A stretch of DNA of 64,000 bases from an uncultured Pseudomonadota bacterium (GCA_963847705.1 CAWKBC010000017.1:32001-96000); one strand, 5' to 3'; counted from the first letter of the stretch, positions 1 to 10,301 are shown. Notes: a model not told the origin generated them from the letters alone. Program-made: numbers and translations.

Positions 1-2
1 AC

Positions 3-665
3 TATGACCACCTCGACATGGGGACGATCGAGGCGCTCGGCGCCCGCGGCGTCACCTTCCACGTCCCGCTGGGCGTCGGCGCGCACCTGGCGGCCTGGGG
101 AATCCCGGCCGCGCAGATCGTCGAGCACGACTGGTGGCAGGACGCCACGATTGCCGGCGGCGTGCGCATCGTGTCGACGCCGGCGCGCCACTTCAACGGA
201 CGGGGGATCCCCTGGCGGGTGGGGGCGCTGTGGACCTCCTGGTCGATCGTGGGGCCGCACCACCGGCTGTTCTTCAGCGGCGACACCGGCCTCACCGACG
301 GATTCTCCGAGGTGGCGCGGCGCGAGGGTCCCTTCGACGTCGCGATGCTGGAGATCGGCCAGTACCACGAGAGCTGGGGGACGATTCACCTCGGTCCGGC
401 GGGCGCGCTGGAGGCGTTTGCGCGCCTGAACGCCAAGACGCTGATCCCGATTCACTGGGGGACGTTCGTGCTGGCGTACCACGCCTGGTCCGAGCCGGCG
501 GAGACCCTGGTCGACGAGGCGCAGAAGCGCGGCGTCTCCGTGCTGACGCCCCGGCTGGGCGAGCCAATCGAACCGGTCACGGCGAGCGGGGCCCCGTCGC
601 CCCCGTCGACCACGGCGCGCTGGTGGCGCGCGCTGCCCCCGCTCGCGGCCAAATGCCCTGAGTGA
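3..665 (+). CDS. MBL-fold metallo-hydrolase (NAPE-PLD/RomA-like), 5' truncated by window edge
   Basis: Frame opens at the edge with YDHLD (end of HxHxDH); PARHFNGR, FFSGDTG and IPIHWGTF motifs. Confidence 0.88.
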   Translation, partial: YDHLDMGTIEALGARGVTFHVPLGVGAHLAAWGIPAAQIVEHDWWQDATIAGGVRIVSTPARHFNGRGIPWRVGALWTSWSIVGPHHRLFFSGDTGLTDGFSEVARREGPFDVAMLEIGQYHESWGTIHLGPAGALEAFARLNAKTLIPIHWGTFVLAYHAWSEPAETLVDEAQKRGVSVLTPRLGEPIEPVTASGAPSPPSTTARWWRALPPLAAKCPE

Positions 666-671
666 GTGGGG

Positions 672-1883
672 CTACGTCGCCGCGCCCGGAGCGCGGTCCG
701 GGGGCCAGTCGGCGTCGCGGACGCCACCGGTCTGCAGGTCGCGCAGGGGATAGCGTGTGCCGCGCCAGATCACCGCGCCGCGCAGCGTGGCGGAGAGCGC
801 GCTCGTCAGCGCGACGAGCGCCAGGCAGAGGCCCGCGAAGGGCAGCAGCAGACCTTCGGTCCCCCGCCCACCCGCCAGGCGGCGGGCGTTCGCGCCTTGC
901 AGCACCAGGGGAACCGCGAACGCGGCGGCGCCCAGCAGCCGGACGCCGGCGCCCGGGCCGAGCGCCAGGCAGAGCGCGGGGAACGTCGTGGCCAGCGGGA
1001 TCAGCAGCAGCGTCCGGAGCGTCCCCAGCCAGCGAAACTCCAGGCCGGCGAAGAAGTTCTTCACCAGGCCGCGCATCGACGCCACGAATCCCCGTTGCCA
1101 GCGCACGCGCACCAGGCCGCCGGAGTCGGCGCACCCCTGGCGCACGCCGCTGCGCCGCAACACGAGGCCCAGCTTCACGTCGTCGGCGACCTCCAGCCGC
1201 AGGCGCTGGTGCCCGCCGATCGACAGATAGGCGTCGCGGCGGACCAGGTTGAAGGCGCCGATGCCGATGTGCGCGCGGCTGCCGGCGCGGTCGAGGTTGT
1301 CGATCCGCAGATCGAGCAGCAGGAACATCGCGAACAGCGACACGAAGCTCCGCTCGAAAAACCCGGGGGCCACGAAGTGCGGGAGCGCCACCGCGTGCCC
1401 CAGCCCGTCGCGGAGCGCCCAGACGATCGCGCGCCGCAGGGTCTCCGGCGCGAACACCACGTCGGCGTCGGTGAAGAGCAGCCAGTCGCCGCTCGCCCCC
1501 GCCGCGCCCTGCTGGAGGGCGTTGGTCTTTCCGAGCCAGCCGGCCGGCAGCTCGTCGACGCGCACGACGCGCAGGGCAGGGTGGTGGGCGGCGACCTCAC
1601 GCAGGATCTCGCCGGTGGCGTCGTCCGACCGGTCATCGACCACGACCACCTCGTAGGAGGGGTAGTCCTGGGCCAGCAGCGAGGTGAGCGCCTGGCGGAC
1701 ACCCGCCTCTTCGTTTCGGCAGGCGACCACCACCGAGATCCGCGGCCAGGCGATCCCGTCGGGGAGCGCCTTCGCGCCGCGCGCCAGGTTGGGGAGCCGT
1801 CCGACGCGAGCCCAGATCCAGGCGAAGCGCAGCCAGACGAGCAGAACGCCCGCCAGCAGCACGGTCGAAATCAGCGCCCTCAC
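672..1883 (-). CDS. Membrane-associated GT2 glycosyltransferase (HpnB/CrtQ-like)
   Basis: VVVACRNEE, VDDRSDD, GWLGKTNA, FTDAD (DxD), VADD motifs; hydrophobic N- and C-terminal segments. Confidence 0.88.
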   Translation of the reverse strand: MRALISTVLLAGVLLVWLRFAWIWARVGRLPNLARGAKALPDGIAWPRISVVVACRNEEAGVRQALTSLLAQDYPSYEVVVVDDRSDDATGEILREVAAHHPALRVVRVDELPAGWLGKTNALQQGAAGASGDWLLFTDADVVFAPETLRRAIVWALRDGLGHAVALPHFVAPGFFERSFVSLFAMFLLLDLRIDNLDRAGSRAHIGIGAFNLVRRDAYLSIGGHQRLRLEVADDVKLGLVLRRSGVRQGCADSGGLVRVRWQRGFVASMRGLVKNFFAGLEFRWLGTLRTLLLIPLATTFPALCLALGPGAGVRLLGAAAFAVPLVLQGANARRLAGGRGTEGLLLPFAGLCLALVALTSALSATLRGAVIWRGTRYPLRDLQTGGVRDADWPPDRAPGAAT

Positions 1884-1958
1884 GGGGGATGTCTACCGCG
1901 GATCGTTCGGCGGGCGGGAGCCTGTCTCCCCGCCCGCGTGGTCTGCTATAGAGGCCAG

Positions 1959-3302
1959 ATGAGGTTGCTGGATCCGGGATCTGTCCGTCACCGTCGCACC
2001 GTCGGCGCGGCGCTCGGAGTCTTCGCGGTCGCGGTTGCGGTCACGGCGGCGGCAGCCGAGCTGGCGGCGCCCCCGCCCGAGGCGCCCCAGCCGCCGGAGC
2101 CGGCACCGGAGAAGATCACCTTGGGCGATGCCGTCTCCCGCGCGCTCGCCCGCAACCCGTCGGTCGCCGTGGCGCTCTCGGAGATCGATCGGGCCGACGC
2201 GCTGATCAAGCAGGCCCGCTCCGGCTGGTATCCGACGTTGAGCGGTTACGCCTCCTACACCCGACTCGATCACGATCGCGTCTTCAACGGCGTCCGCGAG
2301 CTGTCGGCCAACGAGGTGGCCGCCAACCTGACGCTGACCGTCCCGCTGGTGTCGGCGCCGGCCTGGATCAACACCCGGCTGGCCAGGGACAACCGCCGCA
2401 TCACCGAGGCGAGCGCAGCCGACGTGCGCCGGCAGGTGGCGCAGGCGACGGCGCGCGCCTATCTGACGGTGGTCACCCAGCACCGCCTCATCGCCGCCGC
2501 CGAGACGGCGCGCGCCAACGCCAAGGACCACTTCGACTACGCGCACACCCGGTTCGCCGGGGGGATCGGGCGCAGCATCGATGAGGTGCGGGCCCAGCAG
2601 GATCTGGCCAGCGTCGACGTACAGGTGCAACAGACCTACTTCGGCCTGGCGCACGCGCGGGAGGCGCTGGGCGTGCTGCTGGCCGCCTCGGCGCCGATCG
2701 ATTCGGTCGATGACGTCGACCTCGGCGCGATGCCGTCGCTGGTGAGCGCGCTGCAGGAGGCGCCCTCGCGCCGCCCGGACATCCGGGTCCTGTCCGAGAA
2801 GGTGGTCACCGCGAAGCAGGCCGCCGACGACGTCTGGGCCTTCTACGCCCCCTTCTTGAGCCTGGTCGGTGAGCCGTTCATTCAGCGTCCGCCCACCGTG
2901 CTGCAGCCGGGGACCGGCTGGCAGGCGCAGGTGGTCCTGTCGCTGCCGATCTACGACGGCGGCCAGCGGTCGGGCGTCTCGCACGAGCGGAACGCTCTGC
3001 TCGCCGAGTCGCGCGCCAACCTCGACGCGGGGTTGCGCCAGGCGCAGTCGGACGTGCGGGTCAGCTTCGAGGAGATGCTGCGCGCCGACCAGGGGCTCGG
3101 CTCGGCGCGCGACGCCGCCCGCCTGGCGCACAAGGCCTACGACCTGGCGACGCTCGCCTACCGCGCCGGCGCCAGCACCAACATCGAGGTGCTCGACGCC
3201 GCCCGCCAGGCCCGCGACGCCGACACCGCCACCGCCCAGGCCGAGGACCTGTCGCGCCAGGCCCGCCTCGACCTGCTGGTCTCCGCGGGCCGGTTCCCTT
3301 AG
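1959..3302 (+). CDS. TolC-family outer membrane efflux protein
   Basis: ATG 1959, signal peptide, ITLGDAVSRALARNP, LSLPIYDGG, YRAGASTNIEVLDA. The upstream part of ORF 666..3302 is antisense shadow. Confidence 0.88.
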   Translation: MRLLDPGSVRHRRTVGAALGVFAVAVAVTAAAAELAAPPPEAPQPPEPAPEKITLGDAVSRALARNPSVAVALSEIDRADALIKQARSGWYPTLSGYASYTRLDHDRVFNGVRELSANEVAANLTLTVPLVSAPAWINTRLARDNRRITEASAADVRRQVAQATARAYLTVVTQHRLIAAAETARANAKDHFDYAHTRFAGGIGRSIDEVRAQQDLASVDVQVQQTYFGLAHAREALGVLLAASAPIDSVDDVDLGAMPSLVSALQEAPSRRPDIRVLSEKVVTAKQAADDVWAFYAPFLSLVGEPFIQRPPTVLQPGTGWQAQVVLSLPIYDGGQRSGVSHERNALLAESRANLDAGLRQAQSDVRVSFEEMLRADQGLGSARDAARLAHKAYDLATLAYRAGASTNIEVLDAARQARDADTATAQAEDLSRQARLDLLVSAGRFP

Positions 3303-3338
3303 ACGGCCCGCAGACGGACGGCGGTCGGAGGCGCGCCG

Positions 3339-4061
3339 TCAGACCATCGACGGGCGCGCGCCGAAGATGGCGGTCCCGACGCGGACGATGGTCGCTCCCT
3401 CGGCGATGGCGACCTCCAGGTCGCCGCTCATCCCCATCGACAGCTCGCGCAGCGCCACGTTCGGTCGCGCGCGGGCGGCCTCCCAATCGCGGAGCGCGCG
3501 CAGCGCCGCGAAGTGCGGGCGCGCGTCCTCGGGGTCGTCGGTGAACGGCGGGATCACCATCAGGCCGGCGCAGGTGACGTGCGACAGCGCGGCGAACCGG
3601 TCGAGCAGCTCAGGGAGCTCGCCGGGCGCGAGGCCGCGCTTCTGGGCCTCGCCGGCGACGTTGACCTGCACCAGGCAGGCCTGCGGAACCCCCCGCGCCT
3701 CGATCGCCTCCAGCAGCGCCCCCGAATCGACGGTGTGCACCAGCGCGACCTGCCCGGCGACGTACTTGACCTTGTTGCTCTGCAGCGGGCCGATGTAGTG
3801 CCACTCGGGCGGGTGCGGCAGCGTCCGATCTTGGGCCAGCGCCGCCCGCTTGTCGCGCAGCTCCTGCGCGTAGTTCTCGCCGAAGGCGCGCTGGCCGGCG
3901 GCGAGCGCGGCGCGCACGTCGTCGGCGGTCATCTTCTTGCTGACTGCCAGCAGGCGCACGGAGTCGGGGGCGCGGCCGGCGGCCCGCTCGGCGGCGGCGA
4001 TCCGCTCCCGAACCTGGGCCAGCCCGTCCGCGATCGCCTGGGCGCGCGACATCGGTTTCAT
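3339..4061 (-). CDS. yggS: YggS/PROSC pyridoxal phosphate homeostasis protein
   Basis: LLAVSKK, FGENYAQE, WHYIGPLQSNK, LSMGMSGD, VRVGTAIFG; ATG overlaps the maf TGA. Confidence 0.93.
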   Translation of the reverse strand: MKPMSRAQAIADGLAQVRERIAAAERAAGRAPDSVRLLAVSKKMTADDVRAALAAGQRAFGENYAQELRDKRAALAQDRTLPHPPEWHYIGPLQSNKVKYVAGQVALVHTVDSGALLEAIEARGVPQACLVQVNVAGEAQKRGLAPGELPELLDRFAALSHVTCAGLMVIPPFTDDPEDARPHFAALRALRDWEAARARPNVALRELSMGMSGDLEVAIAEGATIVRVGTAIFGARPSMV

Positions 4062-4693
4062 CACGCGGAGGGCGAGGCGCGGAAGCCGGCCGCCGGATAG
4101 CGCGGCAGCGCGCCGAGCGCGAGCAGATCCGCCAGCACCTCGGCCAGCGGCAGGCCGATCACGTTGGTCAATGAGCCGCGCAGCTCGGTGATGAAGGCGG
4201 CGGCGATCCCCTGCACGGCGTAGCCGCCTGCCTTGTCGCGCCACTCGCCGGACGCCACGTAGGCCTCCAGCTCCGCGGGCTGCAGCGCCCGCATCGCGAC
4301 CATCGTCGTCACCGCGCGGTCGAGCCGGCGCGCGCCGAACCGCAGCGTGTAGGCGGTGACGACCTCGTGCCGCCGCCCCGCCAGCCGCCCCAGCATCGCG
4401 CGCGCGCCGTCGGCGTCTGCCGGCTTGCCCAGGATCGCGCTCTCGATGACCACCGTGGTGTCGGCGCCCAGGACCGCCTGCTGGCGCTCGGGCGCCAGGC
4501 GGTCGGCCACCGCGTCGCACTTGGCGGCGGCGACCCGGCGCGCGTAGTCCGCCGGCTTCTCGCCCGCCTGGGGCGTCTCGTCGACGTCCGCCGGGACGAC
4601 CTCCAGCAAAAGGCCCATCCGCTCGAGGAGCTCGCGCCGGCGCGGAGATGCCGAGGCCAACAGGAGATCGGGCAGCTCTGGTGTCGAAGACAT
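4061..4693 (-). CDS. maf: Maf-family nucleoside triphosphate pyrophosphatase
   Basis: LASASPRRRELL, GADTTV, ILGKP, DKAGGYAVQG, NVIGLP. Confidence 0.93.
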   Translation of the reverse strand: MSSTPELPDLLLASASPRRRELLERMGLLLEVVPADVDETPQAGEKPADYARRVAAAKCDAVADRLAPERQQAVLGADTTVVIESAILGKPADADGARAMLGRLAGRRHEVVTAYTLRFGARRLDRAVTTMVAMRALQPAELEAYVASGEWRDKAGGYAVQGIAAAFITELRGSLTNVIGLPLAEVLADLLALGALPRYPAAGFRASPSA

Positions 4694-4749
4694 CGGCGGG
4701 CTTTTACCACGCAGACAACCTTGGCGAGCGCCGTCCGAGAACGCGGGGC

Positions 4750-5964
4750 ATGTCCGCCCCGGTCACGCTTCTCGTTCTCGTCCTTCTCGCCTCGTTCGAT
4801 CTTGGCTGCAGACCCGAGACCGATCTCACCAACGTCACGGCGACCGGGGCGACGCCACCGACACCCACCGGGCCGGCGGGCGCCACCCTGGTCGATCCCG
4901 CAGCCGGAGCGACCGAGGTGCCGGTCAACCTGGCGGGCGTCGTGGTCCATTTTCCGGCTGCGCTCAGCTGGGGGACGGGCGGTCTGGTGGTGTGCAACGG
5001 CGAGGGCACGCCCGTGCCGGTCTCTGCGCCCGCCCAGACCCCCTGCGCCGACGGAGGGGGCGGCGCCTGTTACCGCGTCGAGCTGGCGGGGAGCCTGCCG
5101 CCCAGCACCTCGTGCGCCGTCTCGATCGCGGCGGGGGCGGTCGACGCCAGCGGCGCGCCGGTGGGCGCCGGGACCATCGGCGTGTTCGAGGACGCCGACG
5201 CGCCCGACGTGACGCCGCCCGTTCTGTCGGGCGTCGCGGCTGCCTCGGCCGGTCCGTGCCTGGACGTCACCTTCGCGACCGACGAGCCGGCGACCGGGAC
5301 CATCGTCATCCAGGCCGGCGGCGTGGAGATCGACACGCCGGCCGGCGCGGGGACCACCAGCTTCGACGTCGGCATTCCCCTGGGAGCGCTGCCACCCTCG
5401 ACCGCCGCCACTGTCACCGTTCAGGCGACCGATCTGGCCGGCAACGCGGCGGTCTCGGCGCCAGTCGCCTTCACCACGCCGGTCGCGCTGCCACCCATCG
5501 CCATCACCGAGGTGCTGGCCAATCCGGCCGGCCCGGAGCCGCAGCAGGAGTACGTCGAGCTGCGCAATCTCGGCGGCGCCGACCTGCCGCTCGGCGGGCT
5601 GCGGCTGCAGGACAGCAAGGGGGGCGACGATTTGCCGGCCGAGACGCTGGCGGCGGGCGGCTACGCGCTGGTCGTCACCGCGACCTACGATCCCGAGGAG
5701 GGGAGCGATCCCGCGCCCCGGGCTGGCACGCTGCTCCTGCGGGTCGACACGCGGCTCGGCGCCGATGGGCTGTCCAACTCGGGTGAGGTCGTGCAGCTCG
5801 TCCTCGGGGATGCGATCGTCTCCAGCTACGGCGGTTGGGTCTCCGTCGCGGCCGGCAGCTGGAACGGCAAGGCCGTTCACCGGCTGGTCCAGACCGCCTG
5901 CGACAGTGCCAGTGCCTGGAACCACACCCCGCTGCCACCCACGCCCGGGGCAGGACCGCCGTGA
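4750..5964 (+). CDS. Exported (probably lipo-) protein with Ig-like region and lamin-tail domain
   Basis: Hydrophobic N-terminus ending DLGC; IAITEVLANP...EYVELRN...GLSNSGE...PTPG lamin-tail pattern. Confidence 0.75.
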   Translation: MSAPVTLLVLVLLASFDLGCRPETDLTNVTATGATPPTPTGPAGATLVDPAAGATEVPVNLAGVVVHFPAALSWGTGGLVVCNGEGTPVPVSAPAQTPCADGGGGACYRVELAGSLPPSTSCAVSIAAGAVDASGAPVGAGTIGVFEDADAPDVTPPVLSGVAAASAGPCLDVTFATDEPATGTIVIQAGGVEIDTPAGAGTTSFDVGIPLGALPPSTAATVTVQATDLAGNAAVSAPVAFTTPVALPPIAITEVLANPAGPEPQQEYVELRNLGGADLPLGGLRLQDSKGGDDLPAETLAAGGYALVVTATYDPEEGSDPAPRAGTLLLRVDTRLGADGLSNSGEVVQLVLGDAIVSSYGGWVSVAAGSWNGKAVHRLVQTACDSASAWNHTPLPPTPGAGPP

Positions 5965-6037
5965 ATCGGTTGCCGCGCTGTCGCTTGTGTCACTTGTGAC
6001 GTTTGCGCTGGCTGATAGCGTAGCGCGCGCCCCCGAG

Positions 6038-6847
6038 ATGCTCGACCTCGACGCCTACTTCGCCCGCATTGGTTACGCGGGAGCGCGCGCGCCGACGTTG
6101 GCGACGCTGCACGCGCTCACGGCGGCCCACACGCAGGCGATCCCGTTCGAGAACCTGGACGTGCTGCTCGGGCGCCCGATCGAGCTCGGCGCGGACGCCG
6201 TCTTCGACAAGCTGGTCCGGCGGGGACGGGGCGGCTACTGCTTCGAGCAGAACGGGCTTTTTCTTCAGGTGCTGGAGGCGATGGGGTTCCGCGTCCAGCC
6301 CCGCGGCGCCCGCGTCCGCATCGATCGCACGCGCGCCGAAACGCCGCCGCGGACGCACATGTTCCTGCAGGTGGAGATCGACGGCGCGCGCTGGCTGACC
6401 GATGTGGGGGTGGGCGGGCTCTCCCTCACCGCGGCGCTTCGCCTGGATTCCCCGGGAGAGCAGGCGACGCCGCACGAGCCGCGCCGGATCATCCGGGAAG
6501 ACGGGCGATGGTTCCACCAGGCCCTCCTCGGCGGGGCGTGGACCGACGTCTACGAGTTCACCTACGAGGACATGCCGCCCATCGATCGCGAGGTGGCCAA
6601 CTGGTTCACCAGCGCGCACCCGGGGTCGCACTTCAAGAATCGCCTCATCGTGGCCCGCGCCGCGCCGGACGGCCGCCGTCTGACGCTGGTCAACGGCGAG
6701 CTCAAGGTTCGCGGCCGGGACGGGCGGGCGGAGGCGCGCCCGGTCGCCTCGGCGGAGGCGCTGCTGACCCTGCTGCAGGCCGAATTTGGCTTGAGATTTC
6801 CCGCGGAAACCCGGTTCGGACCACCCGGTTCCCCCTGGCCCTCGTGA
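6038..6847 (+). CDS. Arylamine N-acetyltransferase family protein
   Basis: IPFENLD, RGGYCFEQN (Cys), RTHM (His), LTDVG (Asp) triad. Confidence 0.92.
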   Translation: MLDLDAYFARIGYAGARAPTLATLHALTAAHTQAIPFENLDVLLGRPIELGADAVFDKLVRRGRGGYCFEQNGLFLQVLEAMGFRVQPRGARVRIDRTRAETPPRTHMFLQVEIDGARWLTDVGVGGLSLTAALRLDSPGEQATPHEPRRIIREDGRWFHQALLGGAWTDVYEFTYEDMPPIDREVANWFTSAHPGSHFKNRLIVARAAPDGRRLTLVNGELKVRGRDGRAEARPVASAEALLTLLQAEFGLRFPAETRFGPPGSPWPS

Positions 6848-6895
6848 GCGAAAAAGTTGGCGGCCGGCGCGGCCGCCGTGACTATGATAGCCGGC

Positions 6896-7645
6896 ATGTC
6901 TGGTCACAATCGCTGGAGCAAGATCAAGCACAAGAAAGAGGCTTCCGACTCCAAGAAGTCGAAGGTCTGGACGAAGCTCATCAAGGAGCTGACGGTCTCG
7001 GCGCGCTCCGGCGGCGGTGACATCAACGGCAACCCGCGCTTGCGGACGGCGGTCGACAAGGCCCGCGCCGAGAACATGCCGAACGACACCATCGATCGCG
7101 CCATCAAGAAGGGGACCGGCGATCTCGAGGGGGTCAGCTACGAGGAGTTCAACTACGAGATCTTCGGCCCTGGCGGCACGGCGGTGCTGGCCGAGATCAT
7201 GACCGACAACCGCAACCGGACGGCCGGCGAAGTTCGCAGCCTCATCGCCCGGCACGGCGGCAACCTGGGCGCCTCGGGCTCGGTGGCCTACATGTTCAAG
7301 AAGCAGGGCATGATCGTGTTCGAGGCGGCCGCCGTGAACGAGGACAAGGTGACCGAGCTGGCGATCGAGCTGGGGGCCGAGGACATCAAGACCGAGGGGG
7401 AGTCGCTGATCGTGGTGACCGACCCCAAGAGCTTCGAGGCGATCCGCGAGGGCCTGAAGAAGGGGGGGCTTCCGGAGCCGCACCAGGCCGAGGTCACCAT
7501 GGTCCCGCAGACGGTCGTGAAGCTGACCGGCCGGGACGCCGAGGTCGCCGTGAAGCTGGTCGCCGTGCTGGAAGACAACGACGACGTGCAGAACGTCTAT
7601 TCGAACATGGACGTCGACGACTCCGTCCTGGAGAGCGTCGGCTGA
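6896..7645 (+). CDS. yebC: YebC/PmpR family protein
   Basis: MSGHNRWSKIKHKK, NPRLR, TDNRNRT, DDVQNVYSN; canonical position before ruvCAB. Confidence 0.95.
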   Translation: MSGHNRWSKIKHKKEASDSKKSKVWTKLIKELTVSARSGGGDINGNPRLRTAVDKARAENMPNDTIDRAIKKGTGDLEGVSYEEFNYEIFGPGGTAVLAEIMTDNRNRTAGEVRSLIARHGGNLGASGSVAYMFKKQGMIVFEAAAVNEDKVTELAIELGAEDIKTEGESLIVVTDPKSFEAIREGLKKGGLPEPHQAEVTMVPQTVVKLTGRDAEVAVKLVAVLEDNDDVQNVYSNMDVDDSVLESVG

Positions 7646-7650
7646 GCACC

Positions 7651-7974
7651 GCGCGGACGGAGTCGGGCTTGGCCCGGCGGAGTCCATCGCGGGAGGGTGC
7701 GGGAACCCTCCCAGGGGTCCCGCGTACAGATGCGCGGACGGAGCCGGGCTTGGCCCGGCGGAGTCCATCGCGGGAGGGTGCGGGAACCCTCCCAGGGGTC
7801 CCGCGTACAGATGCGCGGACGGAGCCGGGCTTGGCCCGGCGGAGTCCATCGCGGGAGGGTGCGGGAACCCTCCCAGGGGTCCCGCGTACAGCTGTCCGGA
7901 CGGAGCCGGGCTTGGCCCGGCGGAGTCCATCGCGGGAGGGTGCGGGAACCCTCCCAGGGGTCCCGCGTACAGAT
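7651..7974. repeat. Tandem array of four near-identical 81-bp palindromic units
   Basis: Units start at 7651, 7732, 7813, 7894; each has GGAC-GGA-GCCGGGC-TTG-GCCCGGC-GGA-GTCC and GGGAGGGT-GCGGGA-ACCCTCCC inverted repeats; no spacers. Confidence 0.97.
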
Positions 7975-7977
7975 GCC

Positions 7978-8529
7978 ATGCCGGGACGGGGCGCGCCGCG
8001 GGCGTCGGAGCGCGCGGCGCTCCGCATCCTCGGCATCGACCCCGGGTCGTTGCGGCTCGGATATGGGGTCGTGGAGTGCGCCCGGGGCGGCGCCACGGTC
8101 GCCTACATCGAGTGCGGCGTGATCTCGGCCCCGCCGCGCGATCCGCGCGCCATGCGCCTCGGGGAGATCGGGCGCGGGCTGCGCGAGCTCATCGAGGAGG
8201 TGCGCCCCGACGTGGTGGCGATGGAGGAGGCGTTCTTCGGCGTCAACGTGCAGTCGACGCTGGCGCTGGGCGAGGCGCGCGGCGTGGCGCTGTTCATCGC
8301 CGCCGAGCACGGGCTGACGGTGACCGGCTACCCGCCGGCGACCGTCAAGAAGTCGGTCGTCGGGCACGGGCGCGCCACCAAGGAGCAGATCGGCTTTCTG
8401 GTGCGCGCGCTGCTGTCGTTGCGTCGCACGCCCGAGCCCGACGCGGCCGACGCGCTGGCGATCGCCATCTGCCACGCCCGAAGCATGCCGCCCGAGCGGC
8501 GGCCCCGCGTGTTGCGGGGCGGGCGATGA
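7978..8529 (+). CDS. ruvC: Holliday junction resolvase RuvC
   Basis: ILGIDPG, AMEEAF, LGEARG, VKKSVVGHGRATKEQI, DAADALAIAICH. Start chosen at the first ATG after the repeat array. Confidence 0.93.
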   Translation: MPGRGAPRASERAALRILGIDPGSLRLGYGVVECARGGATVAYIECGVISAPPRDPRAMRLGEIGRGLRELIEEVRPDVVAMEEAFFGVNVQSTLALGEARGVALFIAAEHGLTVTGYPPATVKKSVVGHGRATKEQIGFLVRALLSLRRTPEPDAADALAIAICHARSMPPERRPRVLRGGR

Positions 8530-9139
8530 TCGCGTTTTTGCGCGGGGAGCTGCTGGAGATCGACGGCGAGGCTGCCGTCGTCGACGTGGCCGGCGTCGGC
8601 TATCAAGTGCTGGTGAGCGCCTCGACGGCGGCGGCGCTGGCGGTGGCGCCACCGCGCGGCGAGACGCGCCTTTACGTGCATACCCACTTCGTCAAAGACG
8701 AGCCGCTCCGTCTCTACGGCTTCGCCGACCTGGGTGAGCGCGGGCTCTTCCAGACCCTCATCAGCGTGCAGGGGGTGGGGCCGCGCGTGGCGCTGGCGAT
8801 CCTGGCCGGCATCGAGGCGGGCGAGCTGGTGCGCGCCATCGCCACCGGTGACGTCGGGCGGCTGACGCAGGTCAAAGGGGTGGGGCGCAAGACCGCCGAG
8901 CGGCTGGCGCTGGAGCTGCGCGAGAAGATCCTGACGCTGCCGGTGGGGAAGGGCGTGGTCCTCGCGCCCCCGCCCGCGCGCGGTGAGCCGCCGAGCGGGC
9001 CGCTCGGCGACGTGTACGGCGCGCTGGTGCAACTCGGCTACAAGCCGGGGAGATCGAGCCGCTGCTCGAGCGCCTCGACCCGGCGCGCCCCGTCACCGAT
9101 CTGGTGCGTGAAGCGCTGGGCGCCCTGCGGAGGCAATAG
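8526..9139 (+). CDS. ruvA: RuvA, with a one-base deletion at about 9047-9050
   Basis: MIAFLRG, LYGF, GVGPRVAL, GVGRKTAERL; adding one base in CCGGGG restores EIEPLLERL...DLVREALGALRRQ* with TAG at 9137-9139. Confidence 0.92.
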
Positions 9140-9142
9140 AGC

Positions 9143-10228
9143 GTGGCGCGCAAACGACACCAGGACGAGACGGGCCAGCCGGGCGATCCTGGCGCGCCAA
9201 TGGCGGCGCCGCGCGTGATCGCGGGCGGCGCCGGAGAGAATGCGCGCGAGCTCGACGACGACGCGGCGCTGCGCCCGCGCAGCTTCGCGGAGTTCATCGG
9301 GCAGAAAAAGGTCGCCGACAACCTGGCGGTCTACGTTCAGGCGGCGCGCAAGCGTGGGGACGCGCTCGATCACGTTCTCCTCTCCGGACCGCCCGGGCTG
9401 GGGAAGACCACGCTCGCCTATCTGCTGGCGCGCGAGATGGGCTCCGAGGTGCGCGTGACCTCCGGCCCGGCGCTGGAGCGCAAGGGCGATCTGGCCGGGA
9501 TCCTCACCTCGCTCGGCCGCGGCGACGTGCTCTTCATCGACGAGATCCATCGCCTCCAGCCGGTGATCGAGGAGTCGCTCTACCCGGCGATGGAGGACTT
9601 CCGGATCGAGCTCGTGACCGGCACCGGCGCCGGCGCGCGCGCCATCCCGCTGCCGATCGAGCGCTTCACGCTGGTGGGCGCCACCACCCGCACCGGTCAG
9701 CTCGGCTCCCCGCTGCTGTCGCGCTTCGGAATCGTCGAGACCTTCGCCTTCTACTCGGCCGAGGAGCTGACCACCATCGTGCGCCGCTCGGCGCGGCTGC
9801 TCGACATCCCCATCGACGACGCCGGCGCCGAGGAGATCGGCCGCCGCGCCCGCGGAACGCCCCGCATCGCCAACCGCCTCCTGCGCCGCATCCGCGACTT
9901 CGCCGACGTGCGCGGCGACGGCCGCATCACCCGCGACGTCGCCGAGTACGCGCTCGGCCGGCTGGAGGTCGACGCCGCCGGCCTCGACGCCGGCGATCGC
10001 CGGATCCTCTCGACGATCGTGAAAAGGTTCGACGGCGGCCCGGTCGGCATCGACTCGCTCGCCGCGTCTCTGGCGGAGGATCGCGACACGCTCGAGTTCG
10101 TCTACGAGCCCTACCTGATTCAAGAGGGCTTCCTCATCCGCACGCCGCGCGGCCGCCAGATCACCCGCCGCGCCTACGATCACCTGGGGCTACCGCCGCC
10201 GAGCCGCCCGCAGGGGACGCTCTTCTGA
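9143..10228 (+). CDS. ruvB: Holliday junction branch-migration ATPase RuvB
   Basis: [47 protein letters not shown]. Confidence 0.97.
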   Translation: MARKRHQDETGQPGDPGAPMAAPRVIAGGAGENARELDDDAALRPRSFAEFIGQKKVADNLAVYVQAARKRGDALDHVLLSGPPGLGKTTLAYLLAREMGSEVRVTSGPALERKGDLAGILTSLGRGDVLFIDEIHRLQPVIEESLYPAMEDFRIELVTGTGAGARAIPLPIERFTLVGATTRTGQLGSPLLSRFGIVETFAFYSAEELTTIVRRSARLLDIPIDDAGAEEIGRRARGTPRIANRLLRRIRDFADVRGDGRITRDVAEYALGRLEVDAAGLDAGDRRILSTIVKRFDGGPVGIDSLAASLAEDRDTLEFVYEPYLIQEGFLIRTPRGRQITRRAYDHLGLPPPSRPQGTLF

Positions 10229-10301
10229 GGCCATTGCGTCCTCGGCCGCAGCGACGACCGCGCGCATTGGACGGAGGGAGCGACCGGAGGATAATCGCTT
10301 C

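Noticed and set aside
666-1958. 878-aa TolC fusion and other long antisense ORFs (e.g. 51512-55312, 56116-59199, 43040-45505, 24926-27658)
   Set aside because: Shadow frames of real genes, caused by high GC3 bias; no recognisable motifs.
7651-7974. CRISPR array (also considered for 27415-27601 and 45434-45540)
   Set aside because: Units are contiguous with no unique spacers, and there are no cas genes in the window.
7669-7977. RuvC N-terminal extension of 27-aa repeats as the annotated start
   Set aside because: The frame is open only because the repeat lacks stops; the TTG start has no RBS. Kept only as a possibility in the findings.
9041-9055. Phase variation or recoding in ruvA (likewise the indels at about 12943 and 50723)
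   Set aside because: Runs are too short for phase variation, there is no slippery heptamer, and similar indels are scattered through the window.
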